Virus record (IMG/VR): IMGVR_UViG_2510065032_000001
Source of the DNA: an uncultured virus (IMG/VR IMGVR_UViG_2510065032_000001)
Taxonomy: Duplodnaviria; Heunggongvirae; Uroviricota; Caudoviricetes
Direction: 5' to 3' (one strand)
Length of the DNA stretch: 64,000 nucleotides
Shown here: piece after piece, positions 1-9,999 of the stretch
How positions within the stretch are numbered: the first letter of the stretch is position 1
How the letters are laid out: each line of letters opens with the position of its first letter
The notes under the pieces: model-generated
Database searches by the model: none
What the model saw: the letters and a program-made list of their open reading frames with translations, nothing else
What the model was told of the DNA's origin: nothing
Program-made: the position numbers and the translations under genes

Positions 1-3000
1 GCCCCCGTCGGGCCCGAGCAGGCCGCCGAGTCCGTGGCCGAGGCCGCGCGGGAGGCCAAGGGCGACCTCGAGGCCGCCCGCCGCTTCCGCAAGCTGGCCG
101 AGGGCCTGGACGCGCGGATCAAGGAGCTGGAGCGGCGGCCCTACGAGGGCATGAACCTCACCTACCGCCGCGCCCAGGCCCAGGCCGCGCGCGCCGCCGA
201 AGCCGAGCGCGCCCGCCAGTTCCAGGCCCTGCTCTACCGGCTGGGGGAGCTGGCCGAGGCCGGGGAGCTGCCCCACAGCCTTCGGGGGGTCACCGCCGCC
301 AACCAGCTCGACCCCCTGCTGCTGGCGATCCGCCGCCGGGAGTACGAGCGCGAGCAGCGCCAGCCCGAGAAGCCCTACGCGGCCCACTTCCCCTGGCCCT
401 ACCTCCACCCCACCCGCACCCGCGAGGCCCTGCGGCTGGCCGAGAGGCTGAAGGGCACCCGCAGCCTCATCGCCAAGCTCAAGCCCTACGCCGACCACGA
501 GGGCCACCTGCGCGACGGGGCGGCGATAGCGGCCATGTGGGAGCTGGGCGGGATGATCCACGCCCACAAGGGCTTCACGCCCTACGAGCGCAGCGAGGGC
601 AAGTACCTGCGGGAGGCCGCCGCGGACTACCTGCGGCTGGAGCGGGCCGGGATCACCACCCCCGAGGGCTTCGCCCGAGCGGTGGGCGACCTCGAGGCCG
701 TGCTCAAGAGCGCCAGCCCCGGCGCCCACGACCCCACCGCCAAGAAGGTCAGGGAGGTCGAGCTGTCGCTCGTGGGGCGGAAGATCCCCGGCTACTTCCC
801 CACCCCCGCGGCCCTGGCCGAGCGCATCGCGGAGATGGCCGACATCCAGGACGGGATGCGGGTGCTCGAGCCCAGCGCGGGCAAGGGCAACCTGATCGAG
901 GCCGTGCAGCGGGTCGCGCCCGGCGCCCGGGTGGACGCGCTGGAGTACAACGCCACCCTCAACGACCTGCTCAAGCTCAAGGGCCACAACGTGGTGGGCC
1001 ACGACTTCCTGGCCTACGACCCCGGCGAGGTCTACGACCGCATCGTGATGAACCCGCCCTTCGAGGACGGCCAGGACGTCCGGCACGTGCGCCACGCCTA
1101 CAACCTGCTCAGGCCTGGCGGGCGCCTGGTCGCCATCACCAGCGCCGCCCACGGCTTCCGCTCCGACCGCCAGCACCGGGAGTTCCGGGAGTGGCTCGAG
1201 CTGGTGGGCGGCAGCTCGGAGCCCCTGCCCGAGGGGTCGTTCCTCCAGAGCGACAACTCGACGGGGGTCTCCACCCGCGTGGTGGTGGTGGACAAGCCCG
1301 CGCCCCAGGTGGGCGACGTGAAGGTGGAGGGGGGCGTGACCTACCGCCTCAACGAGAACCACCGCTGGGAGCGGGTGGAGGAGCCCCAGCCCCAGCCTGA
1401 GCCCCAGCCTGAGCCCGCCCCTGAGCCCCCCGCCCCCCAGCCCGAGCCCCAGGGCGCGCAGCCCTGGACCCAACACCGGGCCAAGCCGGGCGGCGAGGTG
1501 GGCCCCAACGAGGCGCGGGCCCTGGGCGAGCAGGTGGGGGTCCAGCCGGAGGGCGAGCCCCGGCCCGACCCCGACCCCGAGGCGGCCTACCGCCACGAGG
1601 TCTACCAGGCGGCGCGCCGGGCGCTCGAGGCGGGCCGGGCGCTGGGGGTGCGGACCCACCTCCGGTACTGGCCCCTCGAGCGGCCCGAGCAACTGGCCTA
1701 CAAGGACGGCCACCTGTACCTCTTCGACCGGGGCAAGCCCGTGGCCGTGACGGGCCTGACCCTCGACGACCTGGCCGCGCAGGTGGGGGTTGCCCGCCCC
1801 GGCGGGGTCGGGGTCCGGGAAAGCCAGGCCGAGCTCGACCGGGCGGCTCAGGCCGAGCGCGAACGGGAGGCCCAGGCGGACGCCCTCTGGCAGGAGTTCG
1901 TTCGCCGCCATTTTGACGGGGACGAGGACGCCGCCTACGCCGCCTACGAGGAGAACAACCGCAGGCGGGCTATGGCCGATCAGGAAGCGCTCAGCCTGGA
2001 GGAGTACGTGCGGTCCCAGGCCCAGCCCACGCCCCAGCCCACGCCCCAGCCCCAGACCCGCAGGGTGGGCACCCACGAGGGCGTGATCGAGCGCGACGGC
2101 TACCTCATCGCCCCAGGCCGCTTCGCCGCCACGGGCAAGTGGGCGGTGATCGGGGAGGACGGCGGCGTGCAGAGCGCCTGGAGCGACAGCCCCGAGCAGG
2201 CCATTCGGAGCCATCTGGAGTGGCAGGCCAAGGGTGAGGCGACCCGCCAGCTCCGTGAGGGCTACGAGCGGGCCCTCGAGGCCGCCCGGCGGGGCGACAC
2301 CGGCGAGGCGACCCTCGCCGCCCTGGGCGCGCGCCGGGGGGCCTTCACCCGCACCCAGGCCCGCCAGCTCGCCCGCGAGCTGGGCTTCAAGGGCAAGGAG
2401 GTGGACGCCCTGGTCAACTCCAACGCCGTCGGCGTGCGGGGCCACACCGCGATGGGCGCCGAGCTGATGGACGCCCGGCAGTTCCTCGAGGAGGCCCACC
2501 GCCGCCTGCAAAAGCGCGCCGACCCCGGCCTGCTGGAGCTGCAACGCCTGGTGTTCGGGCCCGGCGTGAAGCCCATCCCCCTCGAGCCCGCCCCCGCCCC
2601 CGGCCCCGAGGAGGCCCGCCAGACGGTCCTCGACATCGCGCGCGACGAGCCCCACGGCGAGCGGATGGTGGCCGACTTCCGCTACCTCCCCAACAACCCC
2701 AAGCACGCGCTGTGGTACTACGTGCGCCGGGGGCAGGGCGAGGCGAGGATGGCGGCGGCCTGGGACCATTACCAGAACCTCGTGGGGCTGGCGCGCCAGG
2801 CAGCCGACCGGATGCGCCGCGCCCGCAGCGAGGCCGCCCGCGAGGAGGCCCGCGAGGAGGCCCAGCGCCACCTGTTCGAGGCCAAGCGGCGCCTGGAGGA
2901 GTGGGAGACCCTGCGCGCGATGCAGACGGCCCACCGGCACGGCCTGACCAACCCCGCCCTCGAGGTCGCCCCCGAGAAGGAGCGGGCCGCGCAGCGGCTG

Positions 3001-3702
3001 GCCGAGGCCGCCAGGGGCGAGCTCGAGGGCCTGCTGCCGCGCCTACAGCCCCACCTCGAGCGCATCCTGGGCCGGATGTTCGGCGCGCGCTGGCTGGCCG
3101 AGGGCGGGCCCCAGACCTCGGGGGTCATCCCCGCCTTCTTCCACGCCGTCGAGAACCACCCCGCGCTCAATCTCCCCGCCGCACGGGAGGCGCTGGCGAA
3201 CCCGCTGCGCCTGGTGCGCGAGCAGGCCGAGCGGGTGCTCGAGGGCTGGCGCGCGGGGGACGCCTACGCGGTGATCGACGGGCTGCGCGCCCTGCACTCC
3301 ATGTCGGGCCGCGGCAGCGCCACCTTCTTGCTGAGCGGCCTGAACGACACCCGCTACCGCCGGGCGTTCGCGGAGCTGTTGCGGGAGTACCTGGACCAGG
3401 GCCTGGCCGCCGAGATCGACCGGATGCTGGCCGAGGCGGGCCCCGAGGCCGTCAACGCCGCCTACGACGCCGCGCGCCGCTGGGCCTTCCACAGCGGCAG
3501 GCTCTACGACCCCCCCGGCCTGGCCCGCGCCTTCGCGCTGGCGGACCCCCAAAGCCTCAAGCGCTACGTCACCCCGCGCCGCTTCGAGCGCGTCGGGCAG
3601 GCGTTCGTGGTCAAGTCCCAGGCCCTGGTGCTCCGCTCCAAGACCTTCGCCAAGGCCCCGCGCCAGGCCCTGCGCCTGCTGCGCCAGGGGGGTGGGCGAT
3701 GA
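1..3702 (+). CDS. Large polyvalent protein with adenine DNA methyltransferase domain (DarB-like MTase); 5'-truncated
   Basis: Motifs YFPTP, VLEPSAGKGN, IVMNPPF; frame is open back to base 1; Pro-Glu/Gln linkers; C-terminal FAKA motif. Confidence 0.8.
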   Translation, partial: APVGPEQAAESVAEAAREAKGDLEAARRFRKLAEGLDARIKELERRPYEGMNLTYRRAQAQAARAAEAERARQFQALLYRLGELAEAGELPHSLRGVTAANQLDPLLLAIRRREYEREQRQPEKPYAAHFPWPYLHPTRTREALRLAERLKGTRSLIAKLKPYADHEGHLRDGAAIAAMWELGGMIHAHKGFTPYERSEGKYLREAAADYLRLERAGITTPEGFARAVGDLEAVLKSASPGAHDPTAKKVREVELSLVGRKIPGYFPTPAALAERIAEMADIQDGMRVLEPSAGKGNLIEAVQRVAPGARVDALEYNATLNDLLKLKGHNVVGHDFLAYDPGEVYDRIVMNPPFEDGQDVRHVRHAYNLLRPGGRLVAITSAAHGFRSDRQHREFREWLELVGGSSEPLPEGSFLQSDNSTGVSTRVVVVDKPAPQVGDVKVEGGVTYRLNENHRWERVEEPQPQPEPQPEPAPEPPAPQPEPQGAQPWTQHRAKPGGEVGPNEARALGEQVGVQPEGEPRPDPDPEAAYRHEVYQAARRALEAGRALGVRTHLRYWPLERPEQLAYKDGHLYLFDRGKPVAVTGLTLDDLAAQVGVARPGGVGVRESQAELDRAAQAEREREAQADALWQEFVRRHFDGDEDAAYAAYEENNRRRAMADQEALSLEEYVRSQAQPTPQPTPQPQTRRVGTHEGVIERDGYLIAPGRFAATGKWAVIGEDGGVQSAWSDSPEQAIRSHLEWQAKGEATRQLREGYERALEAARRGDTGEATLAALGARRGAFTRTQARQLARELGFKGKEVDALVNSNAVGVRGHTAMGAELMDARQFLEEAHRRLQKRADPGLLELQRLVFGPGVKPIPLEPAPAPGPEEARQTVLDIARDEPHGERMVADFRYLPNNPKHALWYYVRRGQGEARMAAAWDHYQNLVGLARQAADRMRRARSEAAREEAREEAQRHLFEAKRRLEEWETLRAMQTAHRHGLTNPALEVAPEKERAAQRLAEAARGELEGLLPRLQPHLERILGRMFGARWLAEGGPQTSGVIPAFFHAVENHPALNLPAAREALANPLRLVREQAERVLEGWRAGDAYAVIDGLRALHSMSGRGSATFLLSGLNDTRYRRAFAELLREYLDQGLAAEIDRMLAEAGPEAVNAAYDAARRWAFHSGRLYDPPGLARAFALADPQSLKRYVTPRRFERVGQAFVVKSQALVLRSKTFAKAPRQALRLLRQGGGR
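1333..1392 (+). repeat. 60-bp direct repeat copy 1 (encodes GVTYRLNENHRWERVEEPQP)
   Basis: Identical to 15219-15278. Confidence 0.9.
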
Positions 3703-4802
3703 GGCTGCGGCTGGTCGTCAAGGCCCTGGGGCGGGGCAAGCCCCGCGCCCACCAGCCGGGCTACCACCCGGCCACCGACAAGCTGGGCAGGCGCTACTGG
3801 GCGCCCGCCCCCCGGCCCGCCCCNNNNNNNNNNNNNNNNNNNNNNNNNNNNNNNNNNNNNNNNNNNNNNNNNNNNNNNNNNNNNNNNNNNNNNNNNNNNN
3901 NNNNNNNNNNNNNNNNNNNNNNNCCCCCGACCGACGCCGAGCCCGAGGCGCAGACCTTCCGCCTCGACGAGCTGGTGGCGCTGCTGCGCGGCAGCCAGCC
4001 CGCCGGGGACCGGGCCGGGAGCCAGGCCGGGGACCAGGTGGCGGTGCACCGCCGGGTCACGGTGCAGGTCAGCGGCAAGGCCCAGGAGAACCTCGAGCGC
4101 ATCCTGGGCCGGGTGCCCAGCGCCCCCGAGCTGATCCGCCTGATGGGGCTCACGCCCTCCGAGCCCGCCACGCTCTACGTGGGCGCCGACGGGGACACGG
4201 TGACCTTCGCCCTCAAGGACCACCCCCACGTGCTCATCCAGGGGCGCGTGCTCTACCTCGACGGCGACGAGCCGGTGCTCGAGCACAGCCACCTCCGGCT
4301 GGACGAGGCCGCCCCCCAGGGCTACGGCTCGAGGCTCTTCGCCCGCGCGGTGGCGACGGCCCACGCCCTGGGCATCCGGCGCATCGAGACCCTGGCCCAG
4401 CGCGCCGACGACGCCGAGCCGCCCTACATCGGCTACTACGTGTGGCCGCTGCTGGGCTACGACGGCGAGCTGCCGGAGTACCTGCGCGAGCGCCTGGCCG
4501 CCGCCGGGTTCGCCAAGGGCACCCTGGGCGAGGTGATGGCCGACCCCGCGGCCAGGGAGTGGTGGAAGCGCCACGGCGCCAGCGTCCACTGCGCCTTCGA
4601 CGTGGCCGACCCCGCGCGGCGGCGCCACCTGTACCGCTACCTCGAGGCCAAGGGCTACCTCGAGGGGCTCGACCGCACCACCCAGCTCACCCTCGCCAAG
4701 GCCGCGCCGGGCCTGCGCTTCGAGGGGGCCGAGGAGCTGCCGCTTTCGGGCGACGAGCTGGCGGTCCTCGAGGCTTTGTGGGGGAGGAAACCCCGCCCCT
4801 GA
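3699..4802 (+). CDS. GNAT-like acetyltransferase (polyvalent-protein type); spans N gap
   Basis: ATGA overlap with previous stop; PQGYGSRLF...GIRRIETLA...GYYVWPLLGYD resembles GNAT motifs; N-terminal LVVKA; frame across the gap unverified. Confidence 0.6.
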   Translation: MRLRLVVKALGRGKPRAHQPGYHPATDKLGRRYWAPAPRPAXXXXXXXXXXXXXXXXXXXXXXXXXXXXXXXXXXPPTDAEPEAQTFRLDELVALLRGSQPAGDRAGSQAGDQVAVHRRVTVQVSGKAQENLERILGRVPSAPELIRLMGLTPSEPATLYVGADGDTVTFALKDHPHVLIQGRVLYLDGDEPVLEHSHLRLDEAAPQGYGSRLFARAVATAHALGIRRIETLAQRADDAEPPYIGYYVWPLLGYDGELPEYLRERLAAAGFAKGTLGEVMADPAAREWWKRHGASVHCAFDVADPARRRHLYRYLEAKGYLEGLDRTTQLTLAKAAPGLRFEGAEELPLSGDELAVLEALWGRKPRP

Positions 4803-4822
4803 CCCCTCGCCGCCCCCACAGT
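4800..4822 (+). promoter_or_regulatory. Putative late promoter (leaderless)
   Basis: TGACCC-N11-CACAGT, ATG 7 nt later (4830). Confidence 0.75.
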
Positions 4823-4829
4823 GGGGCTC

Positions 4830-7800
4830 ATGGGCCTTCGGCTCCCCCTCCACCCCCGCCTCTACCACCGCGAGGCGCTTCGCTTCGCCCGCGAGCGGCG
4901 CCTGCCCCCCGGCGACCACCTGGTCTGCGTGCGCCCCCTAGCCCCGCTGGTGGGGCTCTTCCGCAAGAGCTACTGGAAGGACGACCCCAACGTCCGCTGG
5001 ATCACCCTGCACCCCCACGGCGACGAGCACTACGTAAGGGTGCCCATCCGGGTCAACGCCGACGGCACCGCGCACGTCATCGGCGGGGGGAAGGGGCTGA
5101 GGGGGCTCAAGCTCGACCGGCTCAAGGGCCCCGAGGAGTGGGGCAAGGGCAAGAAGGCCAAGCCCAAGGACAAGCCCGAGGGCCAGGACAAGCCCAAGGG
5201 CGAGCACGACCGCCAGCTCGAGGAGAACGCCGCCCAGCTCTCCGCCGCCCTCAGCGCGCAGCTCGCTGAGCGCCGACGGCGCCAGATCGAAGCCGCCGCG
5301 CGGCTGGGGCTGGCGGGCTGGGACGACCCCACGGTGGGCAAGCTGGCCGATCCTGGGGGCGACGAGGCGACCCGGAAGGAGTACCTGGCCCGCGCCGCGC
5401 GCGCCTTGGGGATCGACCCCGCCGCCGTGGACGCGGCCCCCCTCAAGGGCGGGGCCGGGATGGTGCGCGCCGCCGACCTGCGCAAGGTGGCCTCGGGGCT
5501 CCGGCGCATCGAGGGCGGCCTGCTGCGCGAGCTGGCCCACAACCACGAGCTGCGCCAGGAGGTCATCGGGGAGCAGCCCGTCGGCGCCGAACACGCCGTG
5601 GACACCCGGCCCTCGGTGGGCCTGGGCTTCCGGCGCGCCACCCGCCGCATGGCCGAGGAGCGGGGGCTCGACCGCGCCCAGGTCAAGCGCCAGGCCCGCG
5701 AGGTGTTCAACGAGCGCGTGGCCCACCTGATGGAGTCCGACCCCGAGAAGGCCGCGCGGGTGGTCAACGCCGCCGAGACCGCGCGGGCCATGCACGACGT
5801 GGCGCGGGTGCTGCGCGAGCAGGGGGGCAGCGTGCAGGTGGACAGCGAGCTCGACCCCGCCGCCCTCAAGGAGCGGGCCGAGGCGGTCAGGGAGTTTCTG
5901 AAGGCCGCGCAGGAGGCCAAGCTCCTCGAGGCCCAGCTCCGCGAGCTCGACCCCCGGCGCCAGCGCGACCCCGAGCGGCTGGCGAAGGCCCTCAAGGCCG
6001 CCAGCGTCCCCGCCATGCGGGTGGACGCCCACGTGCTCGACGACGAGGATTTCATCGCGCAGCTCGAGGCCGACGTGGGCGAGCTCGCCAAGGCCGACCT
6101 CACCAAGCACTTCCTGGACAAGGTGGAGGCGGCGGGCGGGGAGGGGGGGATCGAGGCCGCGCGCGCCAAGATGCACGGCGCCCACGCCCACGGCGCCCAC
6201 GCCCACCTGCAAAGCGCGCTGATGGTGGCGGGGGGGATGGGCATGGACCGCATGGTGGCCGAGGTGCTGGGGCTGGAGGCCGCGGCCCAGATCGCCGCCC
6301 GCGCCATCCTCGCCGCCGCCGACCCCGAGGAGCTGGAGGCGGTGCGCGAGGGCTTGCAGCGCTACCACGACGAGGAGAGCGTGAAGCTGATCCGCGAGGC
6401 CACCGAGCGGGCGGAGCAGGCCGAGGCGGGGGCCGCCGCCATCGAGCTGCCCGACATCTCCGACGCCGCCAGCCTCGCCGCCGCCCAGGAGCTCAACGCC
6501 CTCAGGAAGGGGATGCTCGAGGAGGCCCTGCACCACCTGGGCACCGCGCTGGGCCAGCTCGAGGCCGGGGCCGCGCTCAACCTGGCCCTGCGGCAGGCCC
6601 CGCGCGGCGACCTGCGCCTGGAGTTCGGCAAGACCCCCACCGACAAGGTGCTGTGGGGCCTGGGGGCGCTGGGGCTGGAGAAGGACAAGGACTTTTCCAT
6701 CGAGCGCGACCCCGACACCAACGCGCTGGGCGTGACCCTCTCCGAGGCCGCCGTGTCGCGCCTGGTCAGCCGCCCCAGCGCGCAGGAGGCCATCCTGCAA
6801 AACCACCTCGAGGCCATCAAGCGCGGCGACCTGGACGAGGAGGACTGGCTGCCCGCGGGCTTCGTGTCCTACCCGCTCAGCCTGCACAACGACCCCGCGC
6901 GGCCCAAGCCCTTCGCCGCCCCGCCCGGCTTCGCCCAGGGCCGCCCGGTGGCCGAGGCGCTGGGGGAGTACGTGGCCTCGAGGCTGGCCGACGGCTGGAA
7001 GCCCTCCGACATCCTCGCTGAGGTCGGCAGCGTGGATTTCGTCATCCAGCACGTGCCCGAAGCCCAGCAGGAAGCCTACGCCGACGCGCTGGAGGAGCTG
7101 TTCCCCACCACCGACGCCAAGGGCGAGCTGCGCAACGTGGACGCCGACCCCGAGCTGCGCGCGCGCTTCGAGGCGATGGCGCGGGAGTACGTGGGGTCGA
7201 AGCACCCCGGCGAGGCCGACCTGCACAGCCAGAGCATCGACCCCGACGCCCAGGAGACCCGCCGCGCCGCCTTCGCCGCGCTGATGCAAGACCCCCGCAC
7301 CCAGGCGGCGTTCAAGCCCGTCGGGGAGCTGGGCGACGCCGACCAGCGGGCCCTGCGCAACTACTTCTACACCGAAATCGCCCAGGTGGACCCCAAGAGC
7401 GGCAAGGACCGGGCGGCGTATGAGGCGGCCCTGAAGGAGCTGGGCCCCGAGCCCCAGAAGATGAGCGTCAACCTCTTCGGGGACGAGGACATCAGCCCCG
7501 AGTGGGAGCAGTGGAACCGCCGCCGCCAGGAGATCGTGGAGCAGTTCGCCGGGCCGAGCGCGTGGGCCGAGTTCGTCAGCGGGATGCGGGGGCTGGACAA
7601 GGCGTACCGGGCGGTGCAGGAGCACATGCGCTCGGCCTTCGCCCAGCGCTTCCAGCGCTACCACGCCAACCTCACCGGCAAGCCCCTGCGCCTGGGGAAG
7701 CAGGCCATCCCCCTGGGGGAGCGCTTCAAGGCCGCCACCGACCCCGAGGAGCGCCGCAAGCTGCTCGAGCAGGAGCAGGCGCAGATGGCCGCCCTGCGCG

Positions 7801-9710
7801 ACCGGCGGGCCGGGAAGTTCGCCGCCGAGGGCGAGGGGGCGGTGAAGGAAAAGCTCAACCGCGCCCTCGAGATGAAGGAGAAGCTGCGCCAGGCCCAGGG
7901 CGCGCTGTTCATGGGGCTGGGGGCGCAGGGCTTCGAGGGCAAGCGGGGCATCGAGCTCAACGACCCCTTCCGGGAGCGCCTGACGCTGGGCCAGCGCGCC
8001 GAGGGGGAAATCGCCGCGATCCTGCCCTACCTCACCCACTCCACCGACCCCAACTCCCAGGGGGTGAGGCTGCGGCCGGGGCTGAGCATGGGGGCGGGGA
8101 CCAAGTTCGTGCGCCAGCAGCGGGCCATCAAGTTCGCGGTCGCCGCCAAGAAGACCTACCAGGCCCTCGGGATGGGGAGCGGCAAGACGGCCATCCAGAT
8201 CGGCACCTTCACCGAGCTGCACGCCCGCGGCAAGGCCAGGCGGGGGCTGTTCGTGGTGCCGAGCGTGGTGCGCAACCAGTTCGGGGAGGAGATGGCGCGC
8301 TTCACCGAGCCGGGGCGCTACAAGTTCCACGCCGCCGACGCCCCTTTCGAGGAGCGCCTGGCGGCCTATCGCGACCCCCACACCCACATGGTGGTCACCA
8401 CCCACCAGACCTTCCGTGACGACCTGGTGCGGCTGATGGCCGAGCACCAGGGGGTGGGGGCGGGCGAGCTCGAGGCCCGCTTCGCCGCCGCCCGCCCCCG
8501 CGAGCGCCGCCGGATGCTGCGCGAGGCCCTCGAGCACCACGGGGTGGCCGACCTGCTGGACTACCTCACCATCGACGAGGGCCACAACCTCTCCAACCGC
8601 GACGGCAAGCCCGACGCGCTGATGGCGATGGTGGCCGACGCTGCCCTGGCCGAGAGTCGGCACGCGATGATGGCCTCGGGCACCCCGGCCAAGAACGACG
8701 AGAGCGAAGTTTTCGACATCCTCAGCAAGCTCGACCCCGAGCGCTGGGGCGAGCGCAAGGAGGAGTTCAAGCGCAACTACGGGGTGTCCCTGCCCGTCGC
8801 CCAGGACGCCTTCAAGCGGGCGGCGGGGCGCTACATCTACGCCGCGAGCGTGGGCAGCGGGGTGGCGCGCCGGGAGGTGTGGGGGCGCGAGGGCGAGGGC
8901 GGGGTGCAGGCCCCCCTCGAGCTGCACCCCGAGCAGCGCAAGGCCCTCGAGCAGGTCAACCAAGCCTACCAGAGGGCCCGCGCCGCCCAGCGCACGGGCG
9001 GGGTGGACGTGGAGGCCCTGCGCACCCTCTCCCCCTCCTCCTTCGCGGGCAAGCCCCCTGAGGAGCACGAGGCCATCGCGCGCAAGCTCCAGCAGAACCT
9101 GGGCACGCTGCGCTTCGCCGCCCAGAGCCGCGTCATCGACGCCGCCCCCGCCGCGCACAACGCCAAGGTCCAGCACGTGCTGGCCCTGGCCGAGGCCAAG
9201 CGCCGCGCCGGGCACCCCGGCGTGGTGTTCGCCCACTCCCTCGAGGCCGTCGAGCAGATCAGCGCCGCGCTCAAGGCCGCGGGGCACCGGGTGGAGGTGG
9301 TCACGGGCGCCGACTCCAGCGAGCAGAAAGCCGCCAAGCGCCAGAAGTTCCACCCCGACTCGGGGGAGCCCCAGGCCGACATCCTGGTGATGAGCGACGC
9401 GGGGGCGGTGGGCATGAACCTCCAGCGGGGCCGCTGGCTCGCCAACTACGACCTGCCCCTGACCCACGCCACCCACGCCCAGCGCAACGCCCGCATCGAC
9501 CGCATCGGGCAGACCCAGGACGTGGAGATACACAACCTCGTCACCGACACCAAGTTCGACCGCGACGCCGTGGCCCGCCTCCAGCGCAAGAGCCTGCTGC
9601 AACAGGTCTTCGAGGGCGACTGGGAAAACCTCGACGACAGCGGCATGGCCCGCTACATCGCCCTGGCCCGCGCCGCGCGCGCCAAGACCCCCGAGGAGCT
9701 GGCGGCGTAG
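4830..9710 (+). CDS. Large polyvalent protein with C-terminal SNF2/SF2 helicase (DarB-like helicase)
   Basis: Walker A GMGSGKT, DEGH, SGTP, SDAGAVGMNLQ, QRNARIDRIGQ; start chosen from promoter spacing. Confidence 0.85.
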   Translation: MGLRLPLHPRLYHREALRFARERRLPPGDHLVCVRPLAPLVGLFRKSYWKDDPNVRWITLHPHGDEHYVRVPIRVNADGTAHVIGGGKGLRGLKLDRLKGPEEWGKGKKAKPKDKPEGQDKPKGEHDRQLEENAAQLSAALSAQLAERRRRQIEAAARLGLAGWDDPTVGKLADPGGDEATRKEYLARAARALGIDPAAVDAAPLKGGAGMVRAADLRKVASGLRRIEGGLLRELAHNHELRQEVIGEQPVGAEHAVDTRPSVGLGFRRATRRMAEERGLDRAQVKRQAREVFNERVAHLMESDPEKAARVVNAAETARAMHDVARVLREQGGSVQVDSELDPAALKERAEAVREFLKAAQEAKLLEAQLRELDPRRQRDPERLAKALKAASVPAMRVDAHVLDDEDFIAQLEADVGELAKADLTKHFLDKVEAAGGEGGIEAARAKMHGAHAHGAHAHLQSALMVAGGMGMDRMVAEVLGLEAAAQIAARAILAAADPEELEAVREGLQRYHDEESVKLIREATERAEQAEAGAAAIELPDISDAASLAAAQELNALRKGMLEEALHHLGTALGQLEAGAALNLALRQAPRGDLRLEFGKTPTDKVLWGLGALGLEKDKDFSIERDPDTNALGVTLSEAAVSRLVSRPSAQEAILQNHLEAIKRGDLDEEDWLPAGFVSYPLSLHNDPARPKPFAAPPGFAQGRPVAEALGEYVASRLADGWKPSDILAEVGSVDFVIQHVPEAQQEAYADALEELFPTTDAKGELRNVDADPELRARFEAMAREYVGSKHPGEADLHSQSIDPDAQETRRAAFAALMQDPRTQAAFKPVGELGDADQRALRNYFYTEIAQVDPKSGKDRAAYEAALKELGPEPQKMSVNLFGDEDISPEWEQWNRRRQEIVEQFAGPSAWAEFVSGMRGLDKAYRAVQEHMRSAFAQRFQRYHANLTGKPLRLGKQAIPLGERFKAATDPEERRKLLEQEQAQMAALRDRRAGKFAAEGEGAVKEKLNRALEMKEKLRQAQGALFMGLGAQGFEGKRGIELNDPFRERLTLGQRAEGEIAAILPYLTHSTDPNSQGVRLRPGLSMGAGTKFVRQQRAIKFAVAAKKTYQALGMGSGKTAIQIGTFTELHARGKARRGLFVVPSVVRNQFGEEMARFTEPGRYKFHAADAPFEERLAAYRDPHTHMVVTTHQTFRDDLVRLMAEHQGVGAGELEARFAAARPRERRRMLREALEHHGVADLLDYLTIDEGHNLSNRDGKPDALMAMVADAALAESRHAMMASGTPAKNDESEVFDILSKLDPERWGERKEEFKRNYGVSLPVAQDAFKRAAGRYIYAASVGSGVARREVWGREGEGGVQAPLELHPEQRKALEQVNQAYQRARAAQRTGGVDVEALRTLSPSSFAGKPPEEHEAIARKLQQNLGTLRFAAQSRVIDAAPAAHNAKVQHVLALAEAKRRAGHPGVVFAHSLEAVEQISAALKAAGHRVEVVTGADSSEQKAAKRQKFHPDSGEPQADILVMSDAGAVGMNLQRGRWLANYDLPLTHATHAQRNARIDRIGQTQDVEIHNLVTDTKFDRDAVARLQRKSLLQQVFEGDWENLDDSGMARYIALARAARAKTPEELAA

Positions 9711-9733
9711 GGCGCGGCCCGCCGCCCGGCCCC

Positions 9734-9756
9734 TGACCCCTGGCCGCGCCCACACT
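9734..9756 (+). promoter_or_regulatory. Putative late promoter (leaderless)
   Basis: TGACCC-N11-CACACT, ATG 6 nt later. Confidence 0.78.
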
Positions 9757-9762
9757 GAGGCC

Positions 9763-9996
9763 ATGAAGGACGACACCCACGCCGCCCGCGGCCACCTGGC
9801 GCGCCTGGCCGGGCAGCTCGCCGCCTGCGAGGCCGCCGACCGCCGCATCAAGGAGGCGGCCAAGGCCATCCACGAGCACCACGACCGGCGCGCCGCGGTG
9901 ATCCGCGAACACCTGGGGCCCCTGGGCGCCGACGAGGGCCTCGAGGACGAGTACCTGGCCTCCCTGCGCGAGCGCCACTACGCGGCGAGGTACTAA
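9763..9996 (+). CDS. Hypothetical protein (77 aa)
   Basis: GC3-rich ORF directly behind late promoter motif. Confidence 0.7.
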   Translation: MKDDTHAARGHLARLAGQLAACEAADRRIKEAAKAIHEHHDRRAAVIREHLGPLGADEGLEDEYLASLRERHYAARY

Positions 9997-9999
9997 CTA

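Noticed and set aside
3824..3923. 100-N runs here and at 31947-32046 as biological features
   Set aside because: Assembly gaps within proline-codon repeats; true length and frame unknown
4938..9869. 1643-aa minus-strand ORF and similar long antisense ORFs (e.g. 41521-45150, 23538-26036, 28725-30587)
   Set aside because: Shadows of GC3-rich plus-strand genes; no motifs, and they fully overlap well-supported CDSs
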